A stretch of DNA of 64,000 nucleotides from Eledone cirrhosa (lineage: Eukaryota): positions 279,744,001 through 279,808,000 of the forward strand of contig OZ024742.1 in assembly GCA_964016885.1 (NCBI GenBank). Reading direction: 5' to 3'. Below are positions 27,884 to 41,533 of the stretch, piece by piece. A model generated the notes under the pieces. The model ran no database searches and was not told where the DNA came from. It was given only the letters and a program-made list of their open reading frames with translations. Each line of letters begins with the position of its first letter. The stretch's first letter is position 1. The position numbers and the translations under genes were made by a program.

Positions 27884-30590
27884 ATGTCTCTCAAGCATAT
27901 CCCCTTACCCAGCAGAAAAACCTACCTTAAACTGCTTATAGACGCTACTAATTCGTTTATACGGAGAGTCAGATGGAACGCCTACCATCTGGATAAGAAC
28001 ACCCGTAACCTTCCTGAACCCAAAGAGAGTTATGGCTTCAAAACATACCGAAACCCACCGCACAACACCTTACTGGACTCATTTGAAGAGGACCTGCTGA
28101 AAATGATCAAAAACGTTAAGTTCAGAAAGAAACACCAATGCAGCAATCCATTCTTAACGTCCCTTGATACACTAATAACTAAGATCAAGAATGACCCGCA
28201 CCTCTTCGTCACCCCCGACAAAACCAAAAAGTTGTACAAGGTGGACGCGAGTGAGTATAAAAAAATTCATCTATAAGGAACTACACAAAGACTACAAAAA
28301 GACACCCTCTAGTACCCTAAATGACATAAATAGAGTAGGGAAGGATATAGTCACCAGCTTAGAAATAGAAAAGTACACTAACCCGTACGTCCCTCTGACG
28401 CCTAAATTCTCTCTTAAGGATCACAAATATGACTTTAATGAAAGCCCCTCTATTAGACTAATATGCCCCTCTACATCAGATATAGGTAAGATTAGTAAAG
28501 TGATCCTTGGCAGAGTACTACTGGAGCTTAATAGAAAGGCTAAGGTCTGCCTCTGGGACAACACCAACCAGGTCATAAATTGGTTCACCGAGTTGCAGGA
28601 TAAAGCCACCCTGAAATTCATCCAGTTTGATATAGATAGTTACTACGCCTCTATCTCCCCCATACTCTTAAATAAGGCACTTATCTTAGCTAGATCTAAC
28701 ACTAGCCTCACTAAAAGAGAAATAGACATAATTCTAGCGGCGCGTAGAACCATTATCCAGTTCGAAGGCTTCCACTGGACCAGAACCAACCGTCCTGATA
28801 ACTTCGATGTCACGATGGGGTCCAGTGACTCAGCGCAAGCAACTGACCTGGTCGGGATATACCTCCTACATAAGCTTAGGGAAGAGATACCGGCCCTAGA
28901 AGGAGGTGTATATAGGGACGACGCCCTGTTTACCGTTAGGAACCATAGCCCCCGTAGGATAGAAAACCTTAACAAACATATACACAGGTTCTTCAAGTCA
29001 TACGGCCTATCCGTAACTATGGACCTCAACCACAGGGTTGTCAACTTCCTAGACGTGACCCTGGAGTTGAGTACGGGCTTATACAAGCCATACCATAAGC
29101 CTGGAGAGTGTCTCTCTTATATTAATTATGCCTCCAACCACCCTAAGCAGAATCTCAACTCCATAGTCTATAGTATCTCACATAGAATCTCGAGGCTATC
29201 CGCCAATGAGGATATCTTCAACCAAGCGGCAGATTACTACAATAGGGCCCTGATAAGCGCCGGCTTTAACCGAGGAATTTCCTACATCCCTAACGCTAGC
29301 TCTAGAAACCACCCCCCTCATAAAACAAACGTTATAGTAAGCCATACCTATAACCGATCACGCGGCGACCTCGTTGAAGTCGGATATAATATAATAGATA
29401 GCCGCACCAAAGATCACGACCCCGGCGACGGTGAACACTGTAGATTACTCGAACTATTCCCCTATTACAAAACCAACAAAGGCGACGGCCTACTACCAAC
29501 GCCTTCCAACCAACATCTTCGTGTACATAAACACGGAAGAGGTAGGAAGAGTGCACCCGAGCATAAAGTGAAAGGGGCACCGAACGGGCGACTGCGCATT
29601 AACACACATAAGAGCGGTCACCTAGATGTAACCACCCGTAGCAAAAGTACAAGAACACGTAATCGCCACCGTAACGTCCTATGGTCCCCCCCATACTCTC
29701 GAAGTGTGGCCTCCAACATACCCCGGATGTTCTTCGAAGCCTTAGAGAAGAACATCCCGCCCAACCGTAGGTATAGACACATTCTTAATAGGAACAATAT
29801 AAAAATATCCTTCTCTACTACTCCTAACCTAGCAGACATCATAGGAACAACGAACCACAGTAAGATCACCAAGACACAGCACCTCGACACAGACGCACCT
29901 ACACCTGACAATAACTATATCGGCCTTAACAACTCCCTGGCAGCATACAATAGTGTTGGCAACGGCATCCGCAGACGCAACCAGCATAACTGCGAAATGA
30001 CTGGAGAACATGCAGGACATGACGTGCAGAATAACAATCGCACCACACCGCGTGCTGTGGGTTGTAATGGTGCTAACGACAGCTGCGGTAGCGTAGGTAG
30101 GAACGTAGGCAGCAACAATGATAGCCTTACCGTGGGAAATAGACGGAACCGCGACAGAAACTGCAACTGCCGCGACAGAGGACGCTGCCCCCTTAGAGGA
30201 TACTGCTTGACTGATAGGGTTATATATAGATGCACTATTACTAGCCACAATAGCGTTAAACATTATATAGGGACTACCTCCGGCCCGTTCAAAATTAGGT
30301 TTCGAACACATCTCCACTCTTTCACAAATAGAAAACTAAGGCACTCCACTTCGCTCGCGGACTACATCACATCACTAAAGGACTTAAACATCAGCTTCTC
30401 CACGAACTGGGAGATTGTCGGCGGGGCTGCACCATACAACTTCAAGAGGAAATGCGATCTGTGCCTCATGGAGCTCTACCACATCATAACTGCACTCCAC
30501 GAGCTCATCAACAGCAGAGCTGAAACAGCGATAATTTGTACACATCGCTTAAAAATATCTTTCTTCAGATGGGTTAAGGATGAGGAGTGA
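27884..30590 (+). CDS. PLE reverse transcriptase-GIY-YIG endonuclease polyprotein (about 901 aa once a single +1 frameshift in the A7 run at 28259-28265 is corrected); Nematis-like
   Basis: RT motifs FIQFDIDSYY, FDVTMGSSDSA, VYRDD and NFLDVTL; Cys linker CNCR..CPL.G.CL; GIY-YIG VIYRC..HYIGTT..FKIRF..H and CDLCLME; clade label is from memory of motif style. Confidence 0.92.
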
Positions 30591-30990
30591 AACCGTACAC
30601 CGGATCTCCCTGCAACAAATCTTAACACCCCGGCGGGCAGGCGCTGCAAAATAACACCCAGGAAACTATCCTTGCATATCAGACCCAGCCTCAAATAAAC
30701 AGATGCGGCATAAAAAAAAAAAAAAAATAAATTGTCCGGCAAAGACTGCCCTAACACCGGCCAGAATTACCTCCCTTGACATGCTGCAAAATCAAAACAA
30801 GATACTTTTGCGAGCAGTGAACCTTGATGTGGATCTAGCCCCAAAAAACTCTTTCCGAGCAATATAAGGAAGACTTGTGATTATTCATGCCCTTGACAAG
30901 CCCAACTGGGCGAAACGTACCTAGGCGCTGTTTTAAATAAACATGTTTTAACGGTCTATTCTCCGATTTTTTACTTTTTTACTTTCCCAC

Positions 30991-31041
<51 letters not shown>

Positions 31042-31063
31042 CACACACACGCACATATATATT

Positions 31064-31130
<67 letters not shown>

Positions 31131-32034
31131 AAGTGTTAAAACGATCAAATTTTTATTTAGAACATGTATTTTCTGACAATTGTTTCTTCCAATGGGAAGT
31201 CTGGAATTATCGGAGCATAGGGAATGTCGAAACATGTTACTAAAATCCTAGTCATTTAGAACATTTAGGGTACATAATTGTTATTAGTAGCATGTGAAGA
31301 GTTAGGAGTTAAAAAGATGTTCTGCTTGAAAGAACACAAATGCAGGCAGCACTGGTTGAAAGTGTAAGGCGTATAAGTGAAAAGCACAAGCAATAAAATA
31401 CAGCCAAAAATGATAATATAACAAATAATATTTTATATACTCTATAACCATTAATTTATAACACTACTACAATATTAAAACACCCCTTAATTTATCAACA
31501 ACCTTTATTTCCTCCCTTTGTTATTAATCCTCTTTACAATTTCCTGTATAAACTCATAAAATTAAGCAACCTAATGGTTTACCAACAGTTTAATAACGGT
31601 TAATACAAACCCTAGAAAAGGTAATTTGTAGATAAAAAATGCATAAGATAATATACCAACAATAACAACATGGCCAGTAATCCTATTGACTATAAATGAC
31701 TCAAAATAATGTCATGGTTAATAGCTGTGAGTTACAAACAACATATACACATACATACGAACTACAACACAAAAATGAAAATCACATATCCAACTCTATC
31801 ACGTGCTTTGCATTACACCTTACATAACAAATACCTACATTACCACCACATGCCTCTCTAACAAATTGCACACTATCTTAAACATTTATAACAATTATAA
31901 CATGCTTTAACACCCCACACAAAATATGTTTATTTCAACTGCAGTATAGCTCTTTCCTCATACATGCCTTATTGACTGTATTGACTCCTGCATTGTACAC
32001 CAATTTTCCTTGCTTATAACTTTTTTGCCTGTGT

Positions 32035-32490
32035 TTTTACAGCAGCAACGACAACAACTACGGCACCAATATCAATACAACTACAATAATACCAACAACA
32101 ACAACAGTAATAACAACAGAAACAACGTCAACAACAACAGTAACAACAACTACAACAACATCAACAACAACAATAACAGCAACAACAAAAGCAACCAACA
32201 ACAACTACAAGAACAGCAGCAGCAACAACAACTCTGACGTGACCAGCAATACAACCACAATAATACTATTAACAACAACAACAGCAATAACAACAATAAC
32301 AACTAAAACAACATCAACTACAACAGCAGCAACAATGAAAGCGACCAACAACAACAACAAGCAACAAGAATAGAAGTAGCAACGACAACAACTATGACGC
32401 TACCACCAACACAACCACAATAATACCACCACCAACCACAACAACACCAACACCAACACTATTGCCTTAATGCTACCGACAACAACTAGA
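32035..32490. repeat. (CAA)n-rich low-complexity repeat
   Basis: Read directly. Confidence 0.9.
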
Positions 32491-32495
32491 AAATG

Positions 32496-32678
32496 TAATA
32501 ATTGTTTCTACTTTTGGCACAAGGCCAGCAATTACCCTGTACATTACTGGTACTTTATTTTATCGACCCCGTAAGGATGAAAGGAAAAGTTATCCTCGGT
32601 GGGATTTGAACTCAGATCATAAAGAGACGTAACTCTATGCTCCAAATAATGTTGTCCGACTCTCTACCGATACTGCCA
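32496..32678 (-). mobile_element. tRNA-derived SINE
   Basis: Reverse-complement copy with B-box gagttcaaatcc. Confidence 0.9.
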
Positions 32679-32799
32679 GAGAAATCAAGATGGACGAGTT
32701 GATTCCTTGAAATGAACGTCTGTAACTATTGATGTATTTATTATAAATGAGTGGATACCAAACTGTTATGCCTAAATGTTGCAACGAGTTTGGCTTCAT

Positions 32800-34020
32800 A
32801 ATGTTCATGTTGTTGTTGGTGTTGTTGTAGTTATTGTTTTTGTTGTTGTTGATGATGTTATTGTTTGTGTTGTTGTATTTATTTTTATCATTGTTGTTTT
32901 TGTTATTGCTGTTGTTGTTTATGTTGTTGTTGTTGGTGGTGGGGGTGGTGATGGTGGTGGTGGTGTTGGTAGTTGGGATTGTTAGTGATGGTCGGGTTGA
33001 TGTTGATGGTTGAGTTGGTTGTGGTGGTGGTGGTGGTGGTGGTTGTTGTGGTGGTGGCGGTGATGGTGGAGGTGTTGGTAGTTGGGATTGTTAGTGATGG
33101 TCGGGCTGGTGGTGATGGTTGAGCTGGTTGTGGTAGTGGTGGTGGTGGTGGTGGTTATGGTGGTGGTGGTGGTGGTTGTGGTGGTGGCGGTGATGGTGGA
33201 GGTGTTAGTAGTTGGGATTGTTAGTGATGGTCGGGCTGGTGATGATGGTTGAGTTGGTGGTGGTTGTGGTGGTGGTGGTGGTGGTGGTGGTGGTGGTGGT
33301 GATGGTGGTGGTGGTGGTGGTGGTTGTGGTTGTCATGGTGGTGTTGATGGTAGTTGGGATTGGTAGTGATGGTCGGGTTGGTGTTGATGGTTGAGTTGGT
33401 TGTGGTGGTGGTGGTGGTGGTGGTGGTGATGGTTGAGTTGGTTGTGGTGGTGGCGGTGGTGGTTTTGGTAGTTGTGGTTGTCATGGTGGTGGTGACTGTC
33501 GTGGTGGTGGTCGTCGTCGTCGTGGTCGTGGTAATGGTGGCGGTGGTGGTGATGGTGGTAGTGGTGGTGGTGGTGGTTGTGGTGGTGCTGATGGCGGTGG
33601 TGCTGGTGGTGGTGGTGGTTGTGGTGGTGGTGGTGGTGGTGGTGATGGTGGTGGTGGTAGTGGTGATGATGGTGGTGGTGGCTGTGGTGGTGGTTTTGGT
33701 GGCGGTGGTGGTGGTGGTGGTGATGTTGGTGGTGGTGGTGGCGATTGTGGTGGTGGTGGTTGTGGTGGTGGTGGTAGTGGTGGTGGCGGTGGTGGTGGTG
33801 GTGGTGGTAGTGGCGGTAGTGGTGGTGGTGGTAGTGGTGGTGGTGGTGGTGGTGGTGGTGGTGGTGGTGGTAGTGGTGATATTCGTCCTCGTCGTCGTTT
33901 GTGTGGATGATCAGTTTTCTTGTTGGGTTGGGGAGCATGGTTCAGGTAGTATTGGTATGGTATTGATCGTAGTTGTGGTGCTGGTGGTAGTGGTTGTTGA
34001 TAATGTATTGGTGATGTGTT
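32800..34020. repeat. (GTT)n/(GGT)n low-complexity tract with four copies of an approximately 55-bp higher-order unit
   Basis: gtagttgggattg.tagtgatggtcggg..gatggttgag.tggt at about 32969, 33078, 33208 and 33350. Confidence 0.9.
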
Positions 34021-35048
34021 AGTGTTAAGTGTGGTTGAGGTAGCTCTTGGTAATTGACAACAAGCCTTAAAGGGGCGCATACTTGAACCGTAAATGATCC
34101 CAGTTATATAAATGTGCATAATTAAATTAAATTTATGATATTTCCCTGCGATCAGTTAATATATAATGACATATCTTAGCAGTACAGCAGGATTCTGGAC
34201 AGTCGTATGGTGCTACGACATATGAAATGATTTCATGTGTGTGGCAGGGAATTTTGTAGTGAAAAATGCAGACTTATTGACTTTCTTGATGTGGTCACAG
34301 CAAAAGGGATCATAACCTAACTACGGCAGCTTACCAAACTGTAAGCTGAAAGTTTTTTTTGGCGAATATATTTAAAAGAATAAGGGATTTTATATTGAAA
34401 ATCAGATATTTGATTCTTAAAAAGCAAAAATTCGAAAAAGGTGTGTATAAACGTTGAAGGTGTAGTGAGGGTGGTGTGATCATGTAAGTGTTGTTAGAAA
34501 TAGTTGTTGCTGTTGTTATGCTGATGGTGGGGATCGCGGTGTTAGTGGCGTTGGTGATGCTGTTGGTGGTCGTGGTGGTTGTGTTAGTGTTTATGGTGTT
34601 GTTAGTGGTTGTGGTGGTGATGGTTATGGTGGTTATGGTGGCGTCAAATGTTTCTTGCATCACTTAGCCACTTTGCTGGTAGTGAGCAGGAAGATGTGTA
34701 AATATGAAGATACACTCTTGACAGGTGCAATGTGTCCGAACACGGAAGAGCCGAACTCCCACCGTCATCGCCCCCATCTCTCTCGCCCTCCCCAACCCTC
34801 TCTATAGTAAGCAAATGTGGTCCCACGTGCTGGCTGCCCCACAGTCCCGGCAGGCAGAATGAAGAAGGCGTTTCCCGGGGTAAGGGAGCTGCTCTGAAAC
34901 AATTTTGAGAGATTGAGGCACATATCTGGAAGATGGGTGTGCTTATAGAGCTACTCTGAGGAATTAAATTCCCAGGCGCCAGCTACGTGCGAGTTGGTGA
35001 TAAACCTGGTGACGGGTTAAGGTTACCCTTATCTAAAAGGGAACGTGA

Positions 35049-35137
<89 letters not shown>

Positions 35138-35248
35138 AGAGAGATGGGGACAGGTAGTTGATGAATGAGTGACGGCAGTGTTGTGGTACTTGACTGCTAG
35201 TAGTAGCAGTATCAGCAGTGGAAGTGATAGTCGTCGTCGTCGTCGTCA

Positions 35249-35334
<86 letters not shown>

Positions 35335-35639
35335 ATGGTAGTAGTAGTAGTAGAAGATTGAAATACACCTGAGAGATTGGAGGCAATGAAAGTGTTAAAT
35401 ACGTATAAAACGAGAATAAATAAAACAGTGAAGAGTAGAATAGAAAGGAGACAGAAAGCGCTAGAAATTCGTAGAGAGAAAGAGGGAGAGTGTGTATGTG
35501 TGCGTGTGTTTGTATGTGTGTGTGTAGAGAAAAACGGAGTCAGAGTCAGAGAGAGGTGATTGGAAAATTCAAAAAAAGAGAAATATGTACAAATAGACAT
35601 ACAAACACCACGGCGAGTGGATAGCTCAGCTCACTATAT

Positions 35640-35720
<81 letters not shown>

Positions 35721-35754
35721 TATAAATATATATGGTGGGGATCCCCACCATATA

Positions 35755-37241
35755 TATATATATATAAAAAACGGAAGATGTTTCTATGTGTGTGTTTGTG
35801 ATTTTTATGCATTTCCACATTTATCTACCGATTTTGATGATTTTGTTTTCCAATGTGCTCCAAATTTACCAACGATGGTCAACGCGTAATAAACTTTGGC
35901 AACAATTTCCTGCTTCTATAAAAAAAAATCGATAAAACTAAATACATGCTGTAACCCTCTGTCTTACCCGCTTAATCGCTCTCTCTACTACCCTCAACAC
36001 TCTGTGAAACTCTCTTTAAACGGTTCATCCCTCCCTCTACTCCCCTCTCAATCTTCTCTGCAACTCCCTTTAAAATGTTCATCCCTCCCTCTACTCCCCT
36101 CTCAATCTCCTCTTCAACGCTCTTTCAAAGGTTACTGCCTCCCTCTACTACCCTATCACCATTACAGTTTACAACAGCGACAAAACTTCATTCAGGAACT
36201 TGACATAAACTTTGAAAACTAAGCAACACATCAATTTATACAACAACAAACGTAGCTTCTTCCTCTCCGTCGCTCTTCCCTCTCTCTATAATATATTATT
36301 CCCCCCTCTCTATAATTTAACTACTTTACTCTCATCATGCTTTGAGGTTTAACACACCTCCCTATAGTTTCTTAACTTTACTCTCTCCGTCGCTCTTTCC
36401 TCTCTCTATAATAGATTATTCCCCCACTCTATAATTTAACTGCTGGGGGAATCATTGGAGTTCCGTATTGAGATACGGCTTTTCTGGGACATTTTAAATC
36501 GGCTTATTGCAAATAACAATCCGCAAAATAACACTTCATATAACAGATTAATGCTATAGACATATGAATCGGAATATTTAAATTATTTCTTTTTTACCAC
36601 TTTAATTGGTTAAATATTAATATGACAACACCCATAGTGTTGTACTTCTGGCAATTCTGCCGAATACACTGCCAAGGATGAACCTTTTCCTCTCGGCGTC
36701 AGATATCGCGTTCGATTTCCGGCGATCCTAAATCCCGGTGAGACCATGTTTTGCCATGTCCCTTAACAAATCACAAGGGCAAACATTGTCGGTGGCGGGC
36801 ATACATATGGGGGAGCCATGCTTCTCACATGGCCAACTTTATGTTGCCTGTTCCCGCGTAGGGAGCAGGAATGCACTTTTTGCTTACACTCCTCAATTGA
36901 TGACACGCAATATCGTCTACAAAGAGGTGCAGCTGTTGGAGGTGTTGGAGCTATGCTGTCTGGAAAACTATTTCCTGGTAGGGTCACCCAGGCGGACAGA
37001 TCTGACACCCAGCGGCATCAGGGCCACCATCTTGCAACTTTGGTCTGCTAAATTTTCTATTGGAAGATTATTAACCCATCATTGATTTCCAAAATGCTAA
37101 TTGGTTCGTAACATTTAATAACCGGTTCAACTTCTTTATGCACTTAATTAATAATGTTATTCGCTTTCAAGCCATGTTTACCTGTATGTAACTTTTCGTA
37201 GCAAATGAACAAACCTGAGAAACGCCGGGCTAAACTGGTAG
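35755..37241 (+). mobile_element. Internally deleted Helitron with a helicase remnant
   Basis: 5' tatataaaaaacggaagatgtttctatgtgtgtg; Pif1-type fragment; 3' degenerate hairpin cctgagaaacgccggg + GTAG|T. Confidence 0.8.
36645..36935 (+). pseudogene. Helitron RepHel Pif1-like helicase C-terminal fragment
   Basis: PVRPCFAMSLNKSQGQTL..G......CFSHGQLYVACSRV...TRNIVYKEV, SF1B motifs V/VI typical of Helitron helicases. Confidence 0.9.
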
Positions 37242-37446
37242 TATATATATATATATATATACACTTTATCAAGTAACCACACAGCCGCCACTTTCTTCCA
37301 AATTTATATATATATATATATATATAGCGGCGACGAATTAGTTTTGCGAAGTTTTTTTATATGAAATCGTGTGTCGAAACAAATATTGAGACAGACTGAA
37401 TAAAAGTGGCGTAGACATATAATACAACAGGAGGAAACGATAACAC

Positions 37447-37484
37447 CACTGACGATGTTGCAGATTTGCAACGAAAGATTTATG
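37447..37484 (+). ncRNA. Minimal hammerhead-like motif
   Basis: ca CTGACGA t-gttgca gatt tgcaac GAAA gatt TA tg; good stem II, weak stems I and III. Confidence 0.5.
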
Positions 37485-37794
37485 TTAAACTATATATATG
37501 TGTTTGTGTCTATATTGTATTTGTATTATTTTTGACCGTCGGTCAGTCAATGGCAACATTGAGGACCGAGTAAGTTAGATTACCGATATAAAAGACACAG
37601 AAGCGAGAAGCGAAAACCAACCAAACAGTGAGTGTGTTCTGTTATTAATTCTGGCAATATTACACAAATATGACACTCCCCAAGTATAACGATATATATA
37701 TATATATATGTAGATCCCGGGTTAAATCGGGGATAACCACAGTAAGTAAGGTACTCAATACATAGCAGAGTAAAAGTAATTTAATATGGAAATG

Positions 37795-37844
37795 GTTTCT
37801 ACCGGACTAGAACTGTTTCATTCGGAGGAAATCATCAGAAAGCC
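37795..37844 (-). ncRNA. Type I hammerhead-like motif (decayed)
   Basis: Minus strand: ggcttt CTGATGA tttc ctcc gaat GAAA cagttctagtccgg TA gaaacc. Confidence 0.55.
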
Positions 37845-38493
37845 GACTATCAATGTACATTTCTGGTATTTATACATTTTGCCATGGTAAGGGAAGGGTA
37901 GTGAGTGGGAGTGGGGGTAGAAGTCATGGTGGGATTAAAGGATGGGGATTCTTAGAAAAAACTAAATTTATTTAGAGAAAGAAGTTTAGTGGTGAGTTGC
38001 AATTAAAATAAACACTACCATATTCTATAGTACAATTTTGAGCGAAAGGTATTTTAAGTAGTTGATCGAACATCTGTGGAAATGGTAGGTTAGTACAAGC
38101 ACACATGCCAACACACACGCGCCCACCCCCGCGCGCACACACACACATACACACATAAATACATATATACACATGCAAATACAAATATACAGACACACAT
38201 ACACACATGTGTATATATATACACGTACAAATATGCATATATACATATATATACGTATACATATATATATACATATATATATATATATACATACATATAC
38301 ATACATATGCATACATATATATATATATACGCACATATACATATATATATATATATACATATATACATACATATACACATACATATATGTGTGTGTGTGT
38401 GTGTGTGTATGTGTATATGTATGTATATATGTATATGTGTATATATGTATATGTGCGTATATATATATATATATATGTATGTATATGTCTGTA

Positions 38494-38532
<39 letters not shown>

Positions 38533-38538
<6 letters not shown>

Positions 38539-41533
38539 ATAAATGCTCTGAAATAGCGATATATATGTGAATATAGACATAGAATATTCGAAAATATTCT
38601 GTATGTTTATAATAAACATTTTGAAGACCTAATCGCTATAGAATAGAATACGTCACGTATTACAATTAGATTCTCGATAAAAGCAAGGGAAGTAAATCTA
38701 CGCGTTTCATTCTTATTAGAAATCGTCAGGACTACATATCCAGTGCTTTCATCGAGAATGACACAGCTAGAGACTTATAGAATACTTAGCTGTGTACAGG
38801 AACTGGTTTGAAAGAGCGGTTGCCGGTCCGGCAGAAATTAGAAATTGGAATAAATGCTCTGAAATAGCGATATATATGTGAATATAGACATAGAATATTC
38901 GAAAATATTCTGTATGTTTATAATAAACATTTTGAAGACCTAATCGCTATAGAATAGAATACGTCACGTATTACAATTAGATTCTCGATAAAAGCAAGGG
39001 AAGTAAATCTACGCGTTTCATTCTTATTAGAAATCGTCAGGACTACATATCCAGTGCTTTCATCGAGAATGACACAGCTAGAGACTTATAGAATACTTAG
39101 CTGTGTACAGGAACTGGTTTGAAAGAGCGGTTGCCGGTCCGGCAGAAATTAGAAATTGGAATAAATGCTCTGAAATAGCGATATATATGTGAATATAGAC
39201 ATAGAATATTCGAAAATATTCTGTATGTTTATAATAAACATTTTGAAGACCTAATCGCTATAGAATAGAATACGTCACGTATTACAATTAGATTCTCGAT
39301 AAAAGCAAGGGAAGTAAATCTACGCGTTTCATTCTTATTAGAAATCGTCAGGACTACATATCCAGTGCTTTCATCGAGAATGACACAGCTAGAGACTTAT
39401 AGAATACTTAGCTGTGTACAGGAACTGGTTTGAAAGAGCGGTTGCCGGTCCGGCAGAAATTAGAAATTGGAATAAATGCTCTGAAATAGCGATATATATG
39501 TGAATATAGACATAGAATATTCGAAAATATTCTGTATGTTTATAATAAACATTTTGAAGACCTAATCGCTATAGAATAGAATACGTCACGTATTACAATT
39601 AGATTCTCGATAAAAGCAAGGGAAGTAAATCTACGCGTTTCATTCTTATTAGAAATCGTCAGGACTACATATCCAGTGCTTTCATCGAGAATGACACAGC
39701 TAGAGACTTATAGAATACTTAGCTGTGTACAGGAACTGGTTTGAAAGAGCGGTTGCCGGTCCGGCAGAAATTAGAAATTGGAATAAATGCTCTGAAATAG
39801 CGATATATATGTGAATATAGACATAGAATATTCGAAAATATTCTGTATGTTTATAATAAACATTTTGAAGACCTAATCGCTATAGAATAGAATACGTCAC
39901 GTATTACAATTAGATTCTCGATAAAAGCAAGGGAAGTAAATCTACGCGTTTCATTCTTATTAGAAATCGTCAGGACTACATATCCAGTGCTTTCATCGAG
40001 AATGACACAGCTAGAGACTTATAGAATACTTAGCTGTGTACAGGAACTGGTTTGAAAGAGCGGTTGCCGGTCCGGCAGAAATTAGAAATTGGAATAAATG
40101 CTCTGAAATAGCGATATATATGTGAATATAGACATAGAATATTCGAAAATATTCTGTATGTTTATAATAAACATTTTGAAGACCTAATCGCTATAGAATA
40201 GAATACGTCACGTATTACAATTAGATTCTCGATAAAAGCAAGGGAAGTAAATCTACGCGTTTCATTCTTATTAGAAATCGTCAGGACTACATATCCAGTG
40301 CTTTCATCGAGAATGACACAGCTAGAGACTTATAGAATACTTAGCTGTGTACAGGAACTGGTTTGAAAGAGCGGTTGCCGGTCCGGCAGAAATTAGAAAT
40401 TGGAATAAATGCTCTGAAATAGCGATATATATGTGAATATAGACATAGAATATTCGAAAATATTCTGTATGTTTATAATAAACATTTTGAAGACCTAATC
40501 GCTATAGAATAGAATACGTCACGTATTACAATTAGATTCTCGATAAAAGCAAGGGAAGTAAATCTACGCGTTTCATTCTTATTAGAAATCGTCAGGACTA
40601 CATATCCAGTGCTTTCATCGAGAATGACACAGCTAGAGACTTATAGAATACTTAGCTGTGTACAGGAACTGGTTTGAAAGAGCGGTTGCCGGTCCGGCAG
40701 AAATTAGAAATTGGAATAAATGCTCTGAAATAGCGATATATATGTGAATATAGACATAGAATATTCGAAAATATTCTGTATGTTTATAATAAACATTTTG
40801 AAGACCTAATCGCTATAGAATAGAATACGTCACGTATTACAATTAGATTCTCGATAAAAGCAAGGGAAGTAAATCTACGCGTTTCATTCTTATTAGAAAT
40901 CGTCAGGACTACATATCCAGTGCTTTCATCGAGAATGACACAGCTAGAGACTTATAGAATACTTAGCTGTGTACAGGAACTGGTTTGAAAGAGCGGTTGC
41001 CGGTCCGGCAGAAATTAGAAATTGGAATAAATGCTCTGAAATAGCGATATATATGTGAATATAGACATAGAATATTCGAAAATATTCTGTATGTTTATAA
41101 TAAACATTTTGAAGACCTAATCGCTATAGAATAGAATACGTCACGTATTACAATTAGATTCTCGATAAAAGCAAGGGAAGTAAATCTACGCGTTTCATTC
41201 TTATTAGAAATCGTCAGGACTACATATCCAGTGCTTTCATCGAGAATGACACAGCTAGAGACTTATAGAATACTTAGCTGTGTACAGGAACTGGTTTGAA
41301 AGAGCGGTTGCCGGTCCGGCAGAAATTAGAAATTGGAATAAATGCTCTGAAATAGCGATATATATGTGAATATAGACATAGAATATTCGAAAATATTCTG
41401 TATGTTTATAATAAACATTTTGAAGACCTAATCGCTATAGAATAGAATACGTCACGTATTACAATTAGATTCTCGATAAAAGCAAGGGAAGTAAATCTAC
41501 GCGTTTCATTCTTATTAGAAATCGTCAGGACTA
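38533..41533 (-). mobile_element. Non-LTR retrozyme-like tandem array, left arm: about 9.6 x 311-bp monomers, 10 HHRs on the minus strand
   Basis: Period 311 (ttgg at 38534, 38845, 39156...); first HHR at 38692-38735. Confidence 0.9.

Larger units (their letters stand above)
25815..30992 (+). mobile_element. Penelope-like retroelement insertion: inverted pLTR (25815-26126), 5'-truncated copy (26126-27815) and full-length copy (27816-30992)
   Basis: 26126-27651 is nearly identical to 29417-30992; 25815-26126 is the reverse complement of about 27505-27815; both ends lie in (TA)n; canonical PLE partial-tandem structure. Confidence 0.95.

Noticed and set aside
27884-30590. Selenoprotein-encoding or N-terminal-endonuclease (Naiad/Chlamys-type) PLE, or programmed frameshift
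   Set aside because: GIY-YIG is C-terminal and there is no in-frame TGA; the single break lies in an A-homopolymer, so mutation or sequencing error is simpler
33212-34119. Poly-His, poly-Pro, poly-Val and poly-Thr ORFs (mucin- or extensin-like)
   Set aside because: Several frames are open simply because (GGT)n lacks stops; no unique domain or splice evidence
36738-37085. Host PIF1 helicase gene
   Set aside because: Only the C-terminal motifs are present, the upstream part is frameshifted, and it lies inside Helitron termini
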